This document shows positions 10,448-20,329 of a stretch of DNA of 64,000 nucleotides, piece after piece. Position numbers and translations under genes: made by a program. Numbering within the stretch: the first letter of the stretch is position 1; the number at the start of each line of letters is the position of its first letter. The notes beneath the pieces are model-generated. The model was given only the letters and a program-made list of their open reading frames with translations, made no database searches and was not told where the DNA came from. Where the stretch lies: assembly GCA_963847185.1 (NCBI GenBank), contig CAWJYV010000007.1:96001-160000 (forward strand), written 5' to 3'. The DNA is from an uncultured Methanosarcinaceae archaeon (lineage in GTDB: Archaea; Halobacteriota; Methanosarcinia; Methanosarcinales; Methanosarcinaceae).

Positions 10448-12571
10448 ATGACATCTCCTCAGCCACTTTCAAGCCTAAGAGAAATTAATGGAATAGGTGA
10501 ACGAGTAGCTGAAAGGCTGGTCGAGCACTTTGGAAGTGAAGATACAGCTCTTCAGGCTATTTGCGAGGGAGATATAGCCTCGCTTTCTGAAATCAATGGA
10601 GTCAGCCACAATTTTGCCCTTACACTTGCCAGGGACGCCAGATCCAGAGTAGAGGGGTGCTCAATTTCCGATTTTCTCAAAACAAAAGAAGCTCTTGACC
10701 TTTATTCTCGCCTTATCGAGCTGATGAAAAGTTTTGCTCATACAACTCACGCCAGGGATAAGTTAAATTTGTTTTATCCGCTTCCTGTCTCGAGGATGGA
10801 CCTTGTTCGGGAAAGGCAGGCTTTCATAGGCGAGTATCTGGAACTTGGAGATACCTTCTCCGAAAACTCCGAATTTCTACACCTGCTTTCAAGAGTCAGA
10901 AAACTCAAACCTGTGCCTGGAAACCTGAGGGTCAGAGATAGAATCATTATCTGTGGGGACCGAAAAATCCTGGAGGCAGTTAAAGAGAGATTCCAGACCT
11001 TTTTGTCTGCTCAGGCTGTTGAGAGCCTCTCTGAATTTGTGGATCTTGCCAGAGGCTACTCCAGTGTGATTGTTTTTGATGATACTTATCTTGGTTTTGA
11101 CCTTCCGGAAGGGCTTGAGCCTGAGTATTTCCAGGATCTCACGAAAGCTGAGTTCTGGCAGGTCTTGCCTGAAATAGAGCTGGCTTTTTTTGCTCGGAAC
11201 CTTGACTGCATCAGAGCCTGCCTGAGTATAGTGTCTGCTCTGCATTCCAGAAATTTTTATTTATTTGAGGAGTTTTCAGGAGAGAAACTTGATGCACTTG
11301 AGACCACTCTTTCAAAGATTGCAGAGGATGGAAAGCCTGTTGAAGGTTTTGATCCTGAAATTGACAGGCTTGGGGAAGCCCTGCAAAATCTTGATCCTGT
11401 ACTTACATCTGCCTTGAATGAAGCTAACCAGCGTATGAACAGGACTCTTGAGGCAAGTTCGCTTACCCTGAGTGGGCAGGAACTCATCAAGCTTGTAAGC
11501 GGAGGAGTTGAAATTAAAGACTTGCTTTCAAAAGAGCTAAGTAGAATCTATAAAGGCGAGATTGAAGCCATAAAAGAAGAGCTTTCTGAAAAGCTCAGGC
11601 TCCAGAAACAGGAAAAATTGCTGCTTGACTCTCTCTTTTCCGATGAGATTTCCTATCCTCTAAGTGCAAACCAGTCTCAATTGCAAGTTCTCAGGCAAAA
11701 ACTGAGTATAGCCCTTGAAAAAACAAGGCTTGTCCGGAAAAAAGAACTTGCAAAAACTCTCTCTACCTTTAGAGAGCCTGTAGAAAGGCTTGTCAAGAAA
11801 GTCCTGGATTTTGATCTTGGTTTTTCAATAGCTTGTTTTTCGGCAAAGTTTAAACTGAAATTGCCGGAAATAATTCCTGAAACCGGAATAGGTTTTAAAA
11901 ACGGAGAAAATCTCTTTCTAAAAGCCCGGCACGGAGAAATCGATCCTGTAAGTTATTCCGTCGGAAAAACCTGTTATTCCCCTTCAGGTCTGGAAAGCCG
12001 GGTTGTGCTTTTGAGCGGAGTAAACTCCGGAGGCAAGACCTCCCTGCTCGAGCTTCTTGCTCAATGCGTTATTTTAGGGTACATGGGTTTTCCGGTTCCT
12101 GCAAAAGAGCTTGAACTCGGGCCTGTGGAAGAATTCTATTACTTTGGAAAATCAAAGGGAACGCTGGATGCAGGAGCTTTTGAAACTACTCTGAGACAAT
12201 TTTCCGTGCTTTCGGAAGCCTCGGGAAAACTGGTGCTTGCAGATGAGCTTGAATCAATAACCGAGCCAGGAGCCTCTGCCAGGATTATAGCAGGGATCCT
12301 TGAGTATCTATCCAGAAACGGCCAGAGTCTTGGGATTTTTGTTTCCCACCTTTCGGAATTGATCCTTGAAAATACTGAGGCAGAGATAAGAGTGGACGGA
12401 ATTGAGGCGGAAGGTCTGGATTCTAATCTGGAGCTAATTGTGAACCGGAATCCTGTATACAACCATATTGCACGGAGTACTCCTGAGTTGATCGTGGAAA
12501 GGCTGCTTAGAAAGACTACCGGAAAAGAACAGGAGTTTTACGCCCATTTAAAAAGTAAGTTTAAAAACTAA
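10448..12571 (+). CDS. Archaeal MutS-family ATPase with N-terminal helix-hairpin-helix
   Basis: HhH INGIGERVA, Walker A GVNSGGKT, AGAFE, Walker B LADELE, FVSH; no mismatch-recognition domain evident. Confidence 0.85.
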   Translation: MTSPQPLSSLREINGIGERVAERLVEHFGSEDTALQAICEGDIASLSEINGVSHNFALTLARDARSRVEGCSISDFLKTKEALDLYSRLIELMKSFAHTTHARDKLNLFYPLPVSRMDLVRERQAFIGEYLELGDTFSENSEFLHLLSRVRKLKPVPGNLRVRDRIIICGDRKILEAVKERFQTFLSAQAVESLSEFVDLARGYSSVIVFDDTYLGFDLPEGLEPEYFQDLTKAEFWQVLPEIELAFFARNLDCIRACLSIVSALHSRNFYLFEEFSGEKLDALETTLSKIAEDGKPVEGFDPEIDRLGEALQNLDPVLTSALNEANQRMNRTLEASSLTLSGQELIKLVSGGVEIKDLLSKELSRIYKGEIEAIKEELSEKLRLQKQEKLLLDSLFSDEISYPLSANQSQLQVLRQKLSIALEKTRLVRKKELAKTLSTFREPVERLVKKVLDFDLGFSIACFSAKFKLKLPEIIPETGIGFKNGENLFLKARHGEIDPVSYSVGKTCYSPSGLESRVVLLSGVNSGGKTSLLELLAQCVILGYMGFPVPAKELELGPVEEFYYFGKSKGTLDAGAFETTLRQFSVLSEASGKLVLADELESITEPGASARIIAGILEYLSRNGQSLGIFVSHLSELILENTEAEIRVDGIEAEGLDSNLELIVNRNPVYNHIARSTPELIVERLLRKTTGKEQEFYAHLKSKFKN

Positions 12572-13073
12572 TTGATGTAAATTTAAAGGACTTTTCAAGA
12601 TCTATCAAACTTTTTGCTGAGTTTCTTATCTTCTGTATCCTATTTTTTCTCCTCTTCAGGCTCCACGCATCTTTATTTCATTACTTCCTTTAATTGTTTT
12701 CAAAAAGATAGTGTTATAACTCTTTAATTCAATATACTGATAACTAGTAATGAGTACGCCGAGAGCCCTGAAAACATTGTCAATCCAAAAGTCTATATAT
12801 GGGTTAGTGTCAATGCATCTCAGATCACTAAGACAAGGAAGAATTTGCCTTCCCTTATGCAGGAAAATGAAAACTCTAACCGGCTAACAGGGTTGATATG
12901 TGATTCATGGAAAACTTCCATAGAAATAACTATCTTTGGTTGTTTAAGTAGATTGGGGGCTATCTTCTTTTCAACCCGGTAACCGGCTGACTATTTGGTA
13001 ATGAACTTTATTATGAAGCTTGCAGGCATATTATCTTCAGATCTTCTACCAGTTTTGAAGACGGACCTGAAGA

Positions 13074-15281
13074 ATGAGAAAACCCAGGCCACGTGTGATA
13101 TTAATGGAGCGGAACTTCCCCATTCAGTGTGCAGATTTTGATAAGTTACTTATGGATAAAGTTAAAGGGACTCTGGCCGAAGTATCTGGAATACCTGACC
13201 TGAGCGATCCCTGTCTGTATACGGATCGCGAATATAGCTGGCTCCAGTTCAATGACAGAGTGCTCGAAGAAGCCTATGACGAGCGAAATCCTCTCCTTGA
13301 GAGAGTCAAGTTCCTTTCTATCTTTGGAAGCAATCTTGATGAGTTTTTCATGGTTAGAGTTTCCGGGGTCCAGAAACGGATAACTGAAGGGTTTAAAGAT
13401 GACCGGACAGATGAACTGGCTCAACAGCAACTTCGTATAATTAGTGAAGAGCTTCTCAGGCAGCTCCCTCTAAATGATAGGTGCTGGAATGAAATACTTG
13501 AGCCTGCTCTCAGGGAAAAAGGGATTAAAGTTCTAAATTACTTTGAACTTTCTGGAGAGGAAAGAGAAAAGCTCAGAGATTATTTCGAGAGAAATATTTT
13601 CCCTTTGCTTACTCCTCTAGGATTCGATTCAGGTCATCCTTTTCCTCACATCTCGAACCTGAGCCTTAACCTGGCGGTACTTATTGATGACCCGGACTAT
13701 GGGGAACGTTTTGCCAGGGTCAAAATTCCTCCAATCTTCACGAGACTGATTGCAGTTCCTGAAGGTAGTCAGGAACAAATAATTTCCAGCTTTGAGGAGT
13801 TGAAAACAGGACGTTTTGTCTGGCTTGAACAGCTTATTGCTGCAAACCTCGATCTCCTATTTCCTGGGCAGCGAATTCTCGGAGCTTATCCTTTCAGAAT
13901 CACACGAGACGCAGACCTGGGATTTGATGAAGATGGCGATAAAGACCTTCTAACTGCTGTCAAGCAGAGAGTTGGAAGAAACTACTTTGGGGCAGTTGTT
14001 CGGCTTGAGACTGATTATTCAATGCCTTCAAGAGTTTCTGGTATCCTTCTTAAGAATCTGGAGCTTACAAATTCCCTTATGTTCAGGTCGGCAGCTCCTC
14101 TGGGTCTTTCAAGTTTGATGAAACTTACTCAGATTAACCGTCCTGAACTTAAATACGAATCTTTTGAACCGAAAAAACATTCTCTACTGGCTGATAAGGA
14201 AAAAATTTTTTCAGCTCTGAAAAAAAGAGATGTACTTCTATATACTCCCTATGACAGTTTTGAATCGGTAATTGATCTTGTAGAAGAAGCTGCCGATGAT
14301 CTGGATGTCCTGGCAATTAAAATGACTCTGTACAGAGTGGATGATAATTCCAGGATTATTCAGGCTCTTATGAAGGCTGCTGACAGGAACAAGCAGGTGG
14401 TCGTTCTCGTAGAGCTCAAAGCTCGTTTTGACGAAGAGAACAATATAGGCTGGGCAAAAGAGCTTGAGCGTAAAGGAGTCCATGTGGCATATGGCTTTGC
14501 AGGGCGTAAAGTCCATGCAAAAATGTGCTTGATTGTCAGGACCGAAAAAGAAGGCATCAGGTATTATGTGCATATGGGTACCGGGAACTATAATGCTGTC
14601 ACAGGAAGAATCTATACGGATTTCGGTTATCTTACAGGTGACCCATTCATAGGCAAGGATATCTCTGACCTTTTCAATGCTCTTACCGGCTATTCGAGAA
14701 AAGACCATTATATCAAGCTTCTCGTAGCTCCCCAGAACCTCAGGCACCAGATTCTGGAGCGGATCAGGCGGGAAATCGACCTGCACGAGCAGCATGGAAA
14801 TGGGCACCTGATCTTTAAGATGAATTCCCTTGTGGACTATCAATGCATCAGAGAACTCTACAGAGCTTCTCGAGCTGGAGTAAAAATAGACCTTATTATC
14901 AGAGGCATTTGTTGCCTCAGACCAGGCATTTACGGGCTCAGTGAAAACATAAGGGTTATCTCGATAGTCGGCCGTTTCCTTGAACATTCCAGAGTGTACT
15001 ATTTCAGGAATGACGGGAAAGAAGAAATCTTCATGGGCAGCCCGGATCTAATGCCACGTAACCTGGACAACAGAGTAGAAATTCTCTTTCCAGTATCTAA
15101 TACGTACGTTCCTGTTGTAAGGGATGTCATTCTCGGTACTCACTTGAAGGATAATATGAAGGCCCGTCTGGTCCTTCCTAACGGCAAGACCGAAAGGATC
15201 TACCCGCAGCCTGAAGAAGAAGAACTGAATTCTCAATTATGGATGCTTGAAAACAGGAGTAGCTGGGATCTGAATTCTTAA
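13074..15281 (+). CDS. ppk1: Polyphosphate kinase 1
   Basis: DREYSWLQFNDRVL, SNLDEFFMVRV, HPFPHISNLSLN, VHAKMCL, GRFLEHSR; exact start uncertain. Confidence 0.97.
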   Translation: MRKPRPRVILMERNFPIQCADFDKLLMDKVKGTLAEVSGIPDLSDPCLYTDREYSWLQFNDRVLEEAYDERNPLLERVKFLSIFGSNLDEFFMVRVSGVQKRITEGFKDDRTDELAQQQLRIISEELLRQLPLNDRCWNEILEPALREKGIKVLNYFELSGEEREKLRDYFERNIFPLLTPLGFDSGHPFPHISNLSLNLAVLIDDPDYGERFARVKIPPIFTRLIAVPEGSQEQIISSFEELKTGRFVWLEQLIAANLDLLFPGQRILGAYPFRITRDADLGFDEDGDKDLLTAVKQRVGRNYFGAVVRLETDYSMPSRVSGILLKNLELTNSLMFRSAAPLGLSSLMKLTQINRPELKYESFEPKKHSLLADKEKIFSALKKRDVLLYTPYDSFESVIDLVEEAADDLDVLAIKMTLYRVDDNSRIIQALMKAADRNKQVVVLVELKARFDEENNIGWAKELERKGVHVAYGFAGRKVHAKMCLIVRTEKEGIRYYVHMGTGNYNAVTGRIYTDFGYLTGDPFIGKDISDLFNALTGYSRKDHYIKLLVAPQNLRHQILERIRREIDLHEQHGNGHLIFKMNSLVDYQCIRELYRASRAGVKIDLIIRGICCLRPGIYGLSENIRVISIVGRFLEHSRVYYFRNDGKEEIFMGSPDLMPRNLDNRVEILFPVSNTYVPVVRDVILGTHLKDNMKARLVLPNGKTERIYPQPEEEELNSQLWMLENRSSWDLNS

Positions 15282-15570
15282 AGTTAAAGTGGCAAATTTT
15301 CTTCAGTTTTTCTTTTCTTATTTTTAACCTTTCTATCATCCTATTAAATATTTTATATGGGCAGGGTTTTTGAACTTACAATTTTACATATATAGAGTAA
15401 TACCGAGAGGAAAAATCGGAAGAATAAAAACCAAGAAATAAATCCTAAAGAATAAAAATCAAGAAATAAGTATCAAATAGAATAAAAATCTGAATGGTAT
15501 TGTAAAATTGATTTTGAGGCTCTCGACTCCTTCGAAGAAAACGAAAGACAGGGCTTTCAGGTGGTAATCA

Positions 15571-17220
15571 ATGGAACCCGAGAAAATTTCCGAAGGCAGG
15601 GTTGTTGCGTTTATTGATATAGGAACCAATTCGGTACGGCTTCTTCTGGTCAGGATTAATCCAAACGGGTCTTACCAGCCTCTGACCAAGCAGAAGGAAA
15701 CAGTCAGGCTTGGCGACAAAGAATTCATAGATAAGATTCTGCAGCCGAAAGCGATGGAGCGTGCAGTTATTGTTTGTAAAAAGTTCATGGAACTTGCCAG
15801 AGCTTACAGGGCAGAAGAGGTTATAGCTGTAGCTACCTCAGCTACACGCGATGCAGGGAATAAGGTTCAGTTTCTTGAAATGTTAAAAAAGGAAGCAAAC
15901 CTTGAGGTATGCACTATTTCCGGAAGTGAAGAAGCTCGCCTGATTTATCTTGGTGTCTCAAGCGGGCTCAGACTTGGCTACTCAAAGGCTCTTTTCATTG
16001 ATATTGGAGGCGGTAGTACCGAAGTATCAGTAGGAGATCAGAAGCAGTGTTATTTCCTTCATTCCTTTGACCTTGGATCTATCCGCCTGACAAATATGTT
16101 TCTTCCAGATGAAGTGGGCCCTGTCTCCGAGGAGAGATATGAACAGATTAAAGATTATATCCGGGGCAAAGCTGAAGATATAATAAAAGAGTTTTCCAAA
16201 TACAGAATAGAATGTGCTATTGGAAGTTCGGGAACCATAGAGAACCTTGCAAGGATTGCTTTTGTTTACCTGCACAAGACATCTCATGAAAGTTACGAGA
16301 ATCTTGAGTATGAAGACCTGAAGAAAATTATCAGGGCTATATGTGCCCTGCCCCTGGAAGAGCGGCGCAAGTTTCCCGGAATCAACTCACAAAGAGCAGA
16401 TATCATTGTTGCGGGGGCTGCAATTATCGAGACTTTTATGGAAGAGATGGGACTTTCCGAGATCAGGGCCAGTAAATACGGATTAAGAGAAGGGCTTCTC
16501 GTGGATTATATTTCCAAGAGCGAGTTTTCCTACATGGTTACCCAGATGTCAGTAAGAAAGCGTAGCATTATGCAGCTTGGGCTTACCTGTAATTTCGACG
16601 AAGAGCATGCACATACTGTCACCAGGCTGGCTCTGGAACTTTTTGACAGCATTCAGGCGCTTGGAATCTATGAATTTAATGAAGGGGAGAGAGAACTTCT
16701 TGAGTACGGGTCAACTCTACATGATATCGGGACTTTTCTCTCCTATGATACCCATCAGGCACATGCTTATCACCTTATCAGAGAAAGTAACCTGCCGGGT
16801 TTTCATCCTGAAGAAATAGAAGTTATTGCAAATCTTGCTTATTTTCACAGAAAAAATACTCCTAAAAAGAAACATTCCAATTTTGCCGGGCTTAATAGGG
16901 ATACTGTAAAATGTATTAGAGTCCTGAGCGCCCTGCTTCGTATTGCTGAAGGCCTTGACCGCTCCCATACAGGAGCTGTTTCCCACGTCCGCTTCTATAT
17001 TGCCTCTGCCGACAGTCTTGTGCTTGAAATGCATGCTCAGAAGGAATGCCAGCTCGAGATATGGGAAGTAGAGAAACAGAAAAAGTATTTCAAGAAAATC
17101 TTTGAATACGATCTCCAATCCAAAGTAATTATAGAACAAGATACAGGAGTTTCTTTAGTTCTCGAAGGAGTCAGAGAGCTTGAGGAAGTTCCAGGGGTCG
17201 AAATTTCCTCTAAAAATTAA
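15571..17220 (+). CDS. ppx: Exopolyphosphatase Ppx/GppA with C-terminal HD domain
   Basis: IDIGTNS, ATSATRDA, EEARLIY, DIGGGSTE, GLREG, LHDIG. Confidence 0.95.
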   Translation: MEPEKISEGRVVAFIDIGTNSVRLLLVRINPNGSYQPLTKQKETVRLGDKEFIDKILQPKAMERAVIVCKKFMELARAYRAEEVIAVATSATRDAGNKVQFLEMLKKEANLEVCTISGSEEARLIYLGVSSGLRLGYSKALFIDIGGGSTEVSVGDQKQCYFLHSFDLGSIRLTNMFLPDEVGPVSEERYEQIKDYIRGKAEDIIKEFSKYRIECAIGSSGTIENLARIAFVYLHKTSHESYENLEYEDLKKIIRAICALPLEERRKFPGINSQRADIIVAGAAIIETFMEEMGLSEIRASKYGLREGLLVDYISKSEFSYMVTQMSVRKRSIMQLGLTCNFDEEHAHTVTRLALELFDSIQALGIYEFNEGERELLEYGSTLHDIGTFLSYDTHQAHAYHLIRESNLPGFHPEEIEVIANLAYFHRKNTPKKKHSNFAGLNRDTVKCIRVLSALLRIAEGLDRSHTGAVSHVRFYIASADSLVLEMHAQKECQLEIWEVEKQKKYFKKIFEYDLQSKVIIEQDTGVSLVLEGVRELEEVPGVEISSKN

Positions 17221-17250
17221 GAATTTTTTCTGCCCTGGGGGCAGTTCTTG

Positions 17251-17304
17251 TTTTAGTGGAAGCTCTTATTTTAGTGGAAGCTCCTATTTTAGAGGCACTT
17301 CCTG
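17251..17304. repeat. Three tandem 18-bp repeats between convergent ppx and CYTH-CHAD genes
   Basis: TTTTAGTGGAAGCTCTTA / TTTTAGTGGAAGCTCCTA / TTTTAGAGGCACTTCCTG. Confidence 0.75.
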
Positions 17305-17359
17305 CTTAAGGCATTTCTCATTTAGTTAAGAATGAGTTCACAGAAACAAGTAGTAATAA

Positions 17360-19960
17360 TTAAGAACTTTCGTAGAGGTTTTTGATTGAATTTTCAATCC
17401 TTCTTCTGAAATGTCCATTCCGTATCTTTTCCCAGACATTTGGGAAGGTATCAAGTAATATTTGAAGTTCTTCTTCTCTGTATATGAGATAGGCTTCAAC
17501 CCCTTCCAAACCTGTGGAAAATCTCTTATTCCCGGAGATCTTTTCATTTTCGGCAGAGCCCCATTCTCCGGTTCTCAGGTAGGAACGAAGCATGCCAACT
17601 GCGATTACTGAATCATGCAAGTCTCCCAGATGGTCCTGGAGGTTTTTGAAATCTTTTATCAGGGTTTTTGTGTCTTCTCCAAGTACTCTCTCAAAAAACT
17701 CAAGTGTGTAACGCATTCCTTTGGCTGCAATTCTTAGCCTGTGTAGACGCTCTACAGGGAGGTAAGGCCCTTCTACCCATTCAGAATAAGCGCTGATGTC
17801 AGCCAGACGTGCATACAGTATTGCAGGAAGCACATCTCTTACTCTATGTGGTAATGCATCATGTTTTTTATCGGTTATCGGGAGAATTAAATTTTCGGGA
17901 GACACGAGAGCGTCCGAAAAATCTCTCTTGAAATGACCGTACCTTTCGCTTTCCAGATAATCAAGCATTCTTTTCCTGGCTTCTTCTCTTTCTTCCGCGA
18001 GCAAAACAAAAAGAGGATCAAGATCGTGTTCACGTTCCGGAGGCAGAGTTTTCAGGTACCCTTCTGCTTTTTCCCTAAAAACGTCCAGGTCCCTGACATC
18101 TCCCAGTGAACCAAGCGTTCTCTTTAGTCCTTTGAGATGGGGTTCAAGACTTTCGGGATTAAGATAAGCCTCAAAAACTTTTGCTGCTGCCCTCATCCTG
18201 CGGACTGCAACGCGCATGTCGTGCACTTCTTCTATCTCTTCTCCTTTTATAGTCCCCTTTTCATGGGAACTCATATTTGAGAGTTGGAAGGAAAGTATCC
18301 TGCAGGCAAGCCAGCCCATAGAGTCTGTAGGTTTAACAGTCACCTTTTCCGGCTTTCTCCTTTTTTCTGAACTCTTTTTCAGTTCTGACTTTTTAAGTTT
18401 CCCGCTTTCTTCCTTTTTCCTTAATTCTTCCTCATTCCTGATTTTTCCTTCTTCAGTAAGCTTAATGAATAAGATTTTCCTTCCAAAGAGACATTTCCAG
18501 AGTTCACTCTTCTTTTCAGCTTTTTTTGCAGCTTTTTCAGTTTCAATTCCTATAATTTCTATTTCCACATCGTCTCCAAGCTGCTTTATTTTTCCTGGGT
18601 AAGCTTCGAGAGATTCAAAAAGGTCTGCAATCCGTATAATGGCTGCAAGCATCAGGGCTTTGTTCTGAAAACCTGGAGGTAATTTCGTTTGAAAGCCTTT
18701 AAGAGTCGAAATAAAGTCTTTTTCACATGGATCCTGAAGTTCAACTATCAGGGCAAGCGTTAGAATTTCGTGAAGTTTAAGTCCCTTTATGGGGTGCGTT
18801 AGCAGAATTTCTTTTTTCATGCTGGCTTCTTCTTCAGGAAAAGTTGAAGCTTCTGTATTTTTCATAAAGGCTGCGAGGCCGAGAAGTTTTCTTTCTTCTT
18901 GTCCAAGCCCATGCCAGGGAGATAATCCGTCAAAAAGAGTTAAGGCCTGCTCTCTGGTCCCTTCTGCTTTGGTTTTATCTGCTCCATAGTATTCAAGGAG
19001 GCTTTCGGGAACACATTCGTTAAATTCTATCCTTTTCTTGCCTTTTTTTATATTAAACCCAGGCTGGAGATGAAATTTCTGGTCTTTTTCTTTATCCATT
19101 TTAAAAGGAAAAATAGAAAGCCTTTTTTTTTCAAACTTTAAGTAAAGGGTTTCGATTTCGGTTTTATGAATTTTCAGGAGGGAACTCAGTTCCTCACAGG
19201 TCTGGCCCTTATCAAGCGCCAGAAGAATTTTAGCTTTTTTTCCGTATACATTTTTCTGGTCTGCAAGTTGTGCACAGAAAGCTCTTTCTTTCAGGCTCAA
19301 TAAGGTTTTCTCAGGAAGATCTTCCATGAAAAGGAAAGCTCTCTCAAACTTCGAAAAGGGATTTTCTGTCAGGTTATAATGCTCAAGCAGGAAACTCCGA
19401 ATGGTTTCCAGATCTTCAGGTGTTCCTTCGCTTTTGAGTTCCACCTCAAATTCATTATATTGTTTTTCTCTGCCTTCGCTTTTTAGGTTCACCCTGTCAA
19501 GATAGGTCTCAGCTACAATTTTTTTCCCTTTTTCTACCTGGCGAATTATTCTTTTCTGTTTAAGGGAGAGGAGAGGAAGAAGGCTGAGTCCGGCGGTAAA
19601 TTCGAAAATCATATTTCTGATACGGAAATCAGGACATTCAAGCACAGACAGTTTTTCAGGCAGGAAGCTGACATACTCCTCTCTTCTGTGAGTTCCGCTT
19701 TCAAAACCTCCCAGGCTTTTAATAGTCACCCATCTACCGTCTTCTCCATACGCTTTTCTTATTCGCAGGTAGTACCCTGCAGTCATAATATCTCTGCCCT
19801 CAGTATCAAGAAAAATGTCCTCAATTTCCTGAATTTCGGGCTTTGAGAGAGCGTATGAAGCTAGCCCAGACAGATTTTCAAGTGCCTGAAAATCCGTCTC
19901 TTCAGTTACCAGAAACTTAGATTCTATTTCCATGCTCCTTTTTTCCCCTAATGCGCACAT
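17360..19960 (-). CDS. CYTH + CHAD domain polyphosphate-associated protein
   Basis: N-terminal CYTH (EIESK, YYLRIR, HRREEY, EFEVELK); C-terminal CHAD (VHDMRVAVRRMR, LGDVRDLDV, LHRLRI, LQDHLGDLHD). Confidence 0.9.
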   Translation of the reverse strand: MCALGEKRSMEIESKFLVTEETDFQALENLSGLASYALSKPEIQEIEDIFLDTEGRDIMTAGYYLRIRKAYGEDGRWVTIKSLGGFESGTHRREEYVSFLPEKLSVLECPDFRIRNMIFEFTAGLSLLPLLSLKQKRIIRQVEKGKKIVAETYLDRVNLKSEGREKQYNEFEVELKSEGTPEDLETIRSFLLEHYNLTENPFSKFERAFLFMEDLPEKTLLSLKERAFCAQLADQKNVYGKKAKILLALDKGQTCEELSSLLKIHKTEIETLYLKFEKKRLSIFPFKMDKEKDQKFHLQPGFNIKKGKKRIEFNECVPESLLEYYGADKTKAEGTREQALTLFDGLSPWHGLGQEERKLLGLAAFMKNTEASTFPEEEASMKKEILLTHPIKGLKLHEILTLALIVELQDPCEKDFISTLKGFQTKLPPGFQNKALMLAAIIRIADLFESLEAYPGKIKQLGDDVEIEIIGIETEKAAKKAEKKSELWKCLFGRKILFIKLTEEGKIRNEEELRKKEESGKLKKSELKKSSEKRRKPEKVTVKPTDSMGWLACRILSFQLSNMSSHEKGTIKGEEIEEVHDMRVAVRRMRAAAKVFEAYLNPESLEPHLKGLKRTLGSLGDVRDLDVFREKAEGYLKTLPPEREHDLDPLFVLLAEEREEARKRMLDYLESERYGHFKRDFSDALVSPENLILPITDKKHDALPHRVRDVLPAILYARLADISAYSEWVEGPYLPVERLHRLRIAAKGMRYTLEFFERVLGEDTKTLIKDFKNLQDHLGDLHDSVIAVGMLRSYLRTGEWGSAENEKISGNKRFSTGLEGVEAYLIYREEELQILLDTFPNVWEKIRNGHFRRRIENSIKNLYESS

Positions 19961-20329
19961 TATCGCATGTAATCATTATGTTTATCTTTATTATATCTCA
20001 TTTATTTTTCTAAATCCTTTTTCTCATCTTTCGAGATTGCCATTAATCTATACTTGTTGTTCTTTAAACGTTCTTTCGGATGAAACAACACAAGAACGTT
20101 AATTCCAAAAAGCTAAAATGCAGTAAAACATATTTATTAAAAATTTAAAAAGAGCGATAGATATATTTATCAAAAATTTAGCTTATTTATATTAAAATAT
20201 GGCTTCAACCTTTAGAGATCTTTCCATTCAAAATGCGGAGTTTATCTACCTTTCCCTTTAATCCTTTAAGCTCCGTTCAGCTAAACATGCTTTTACAGCT
20301 TCCTACCTTCAATATCGTTCAATATACAG

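Noticed and set aside
15420-15490. AAGAATAAAAA(C/T)CAAGAAATAA repeats upstream of ppx
   Set aside because: Ordinary A-rich slippage repeats with no evident structure
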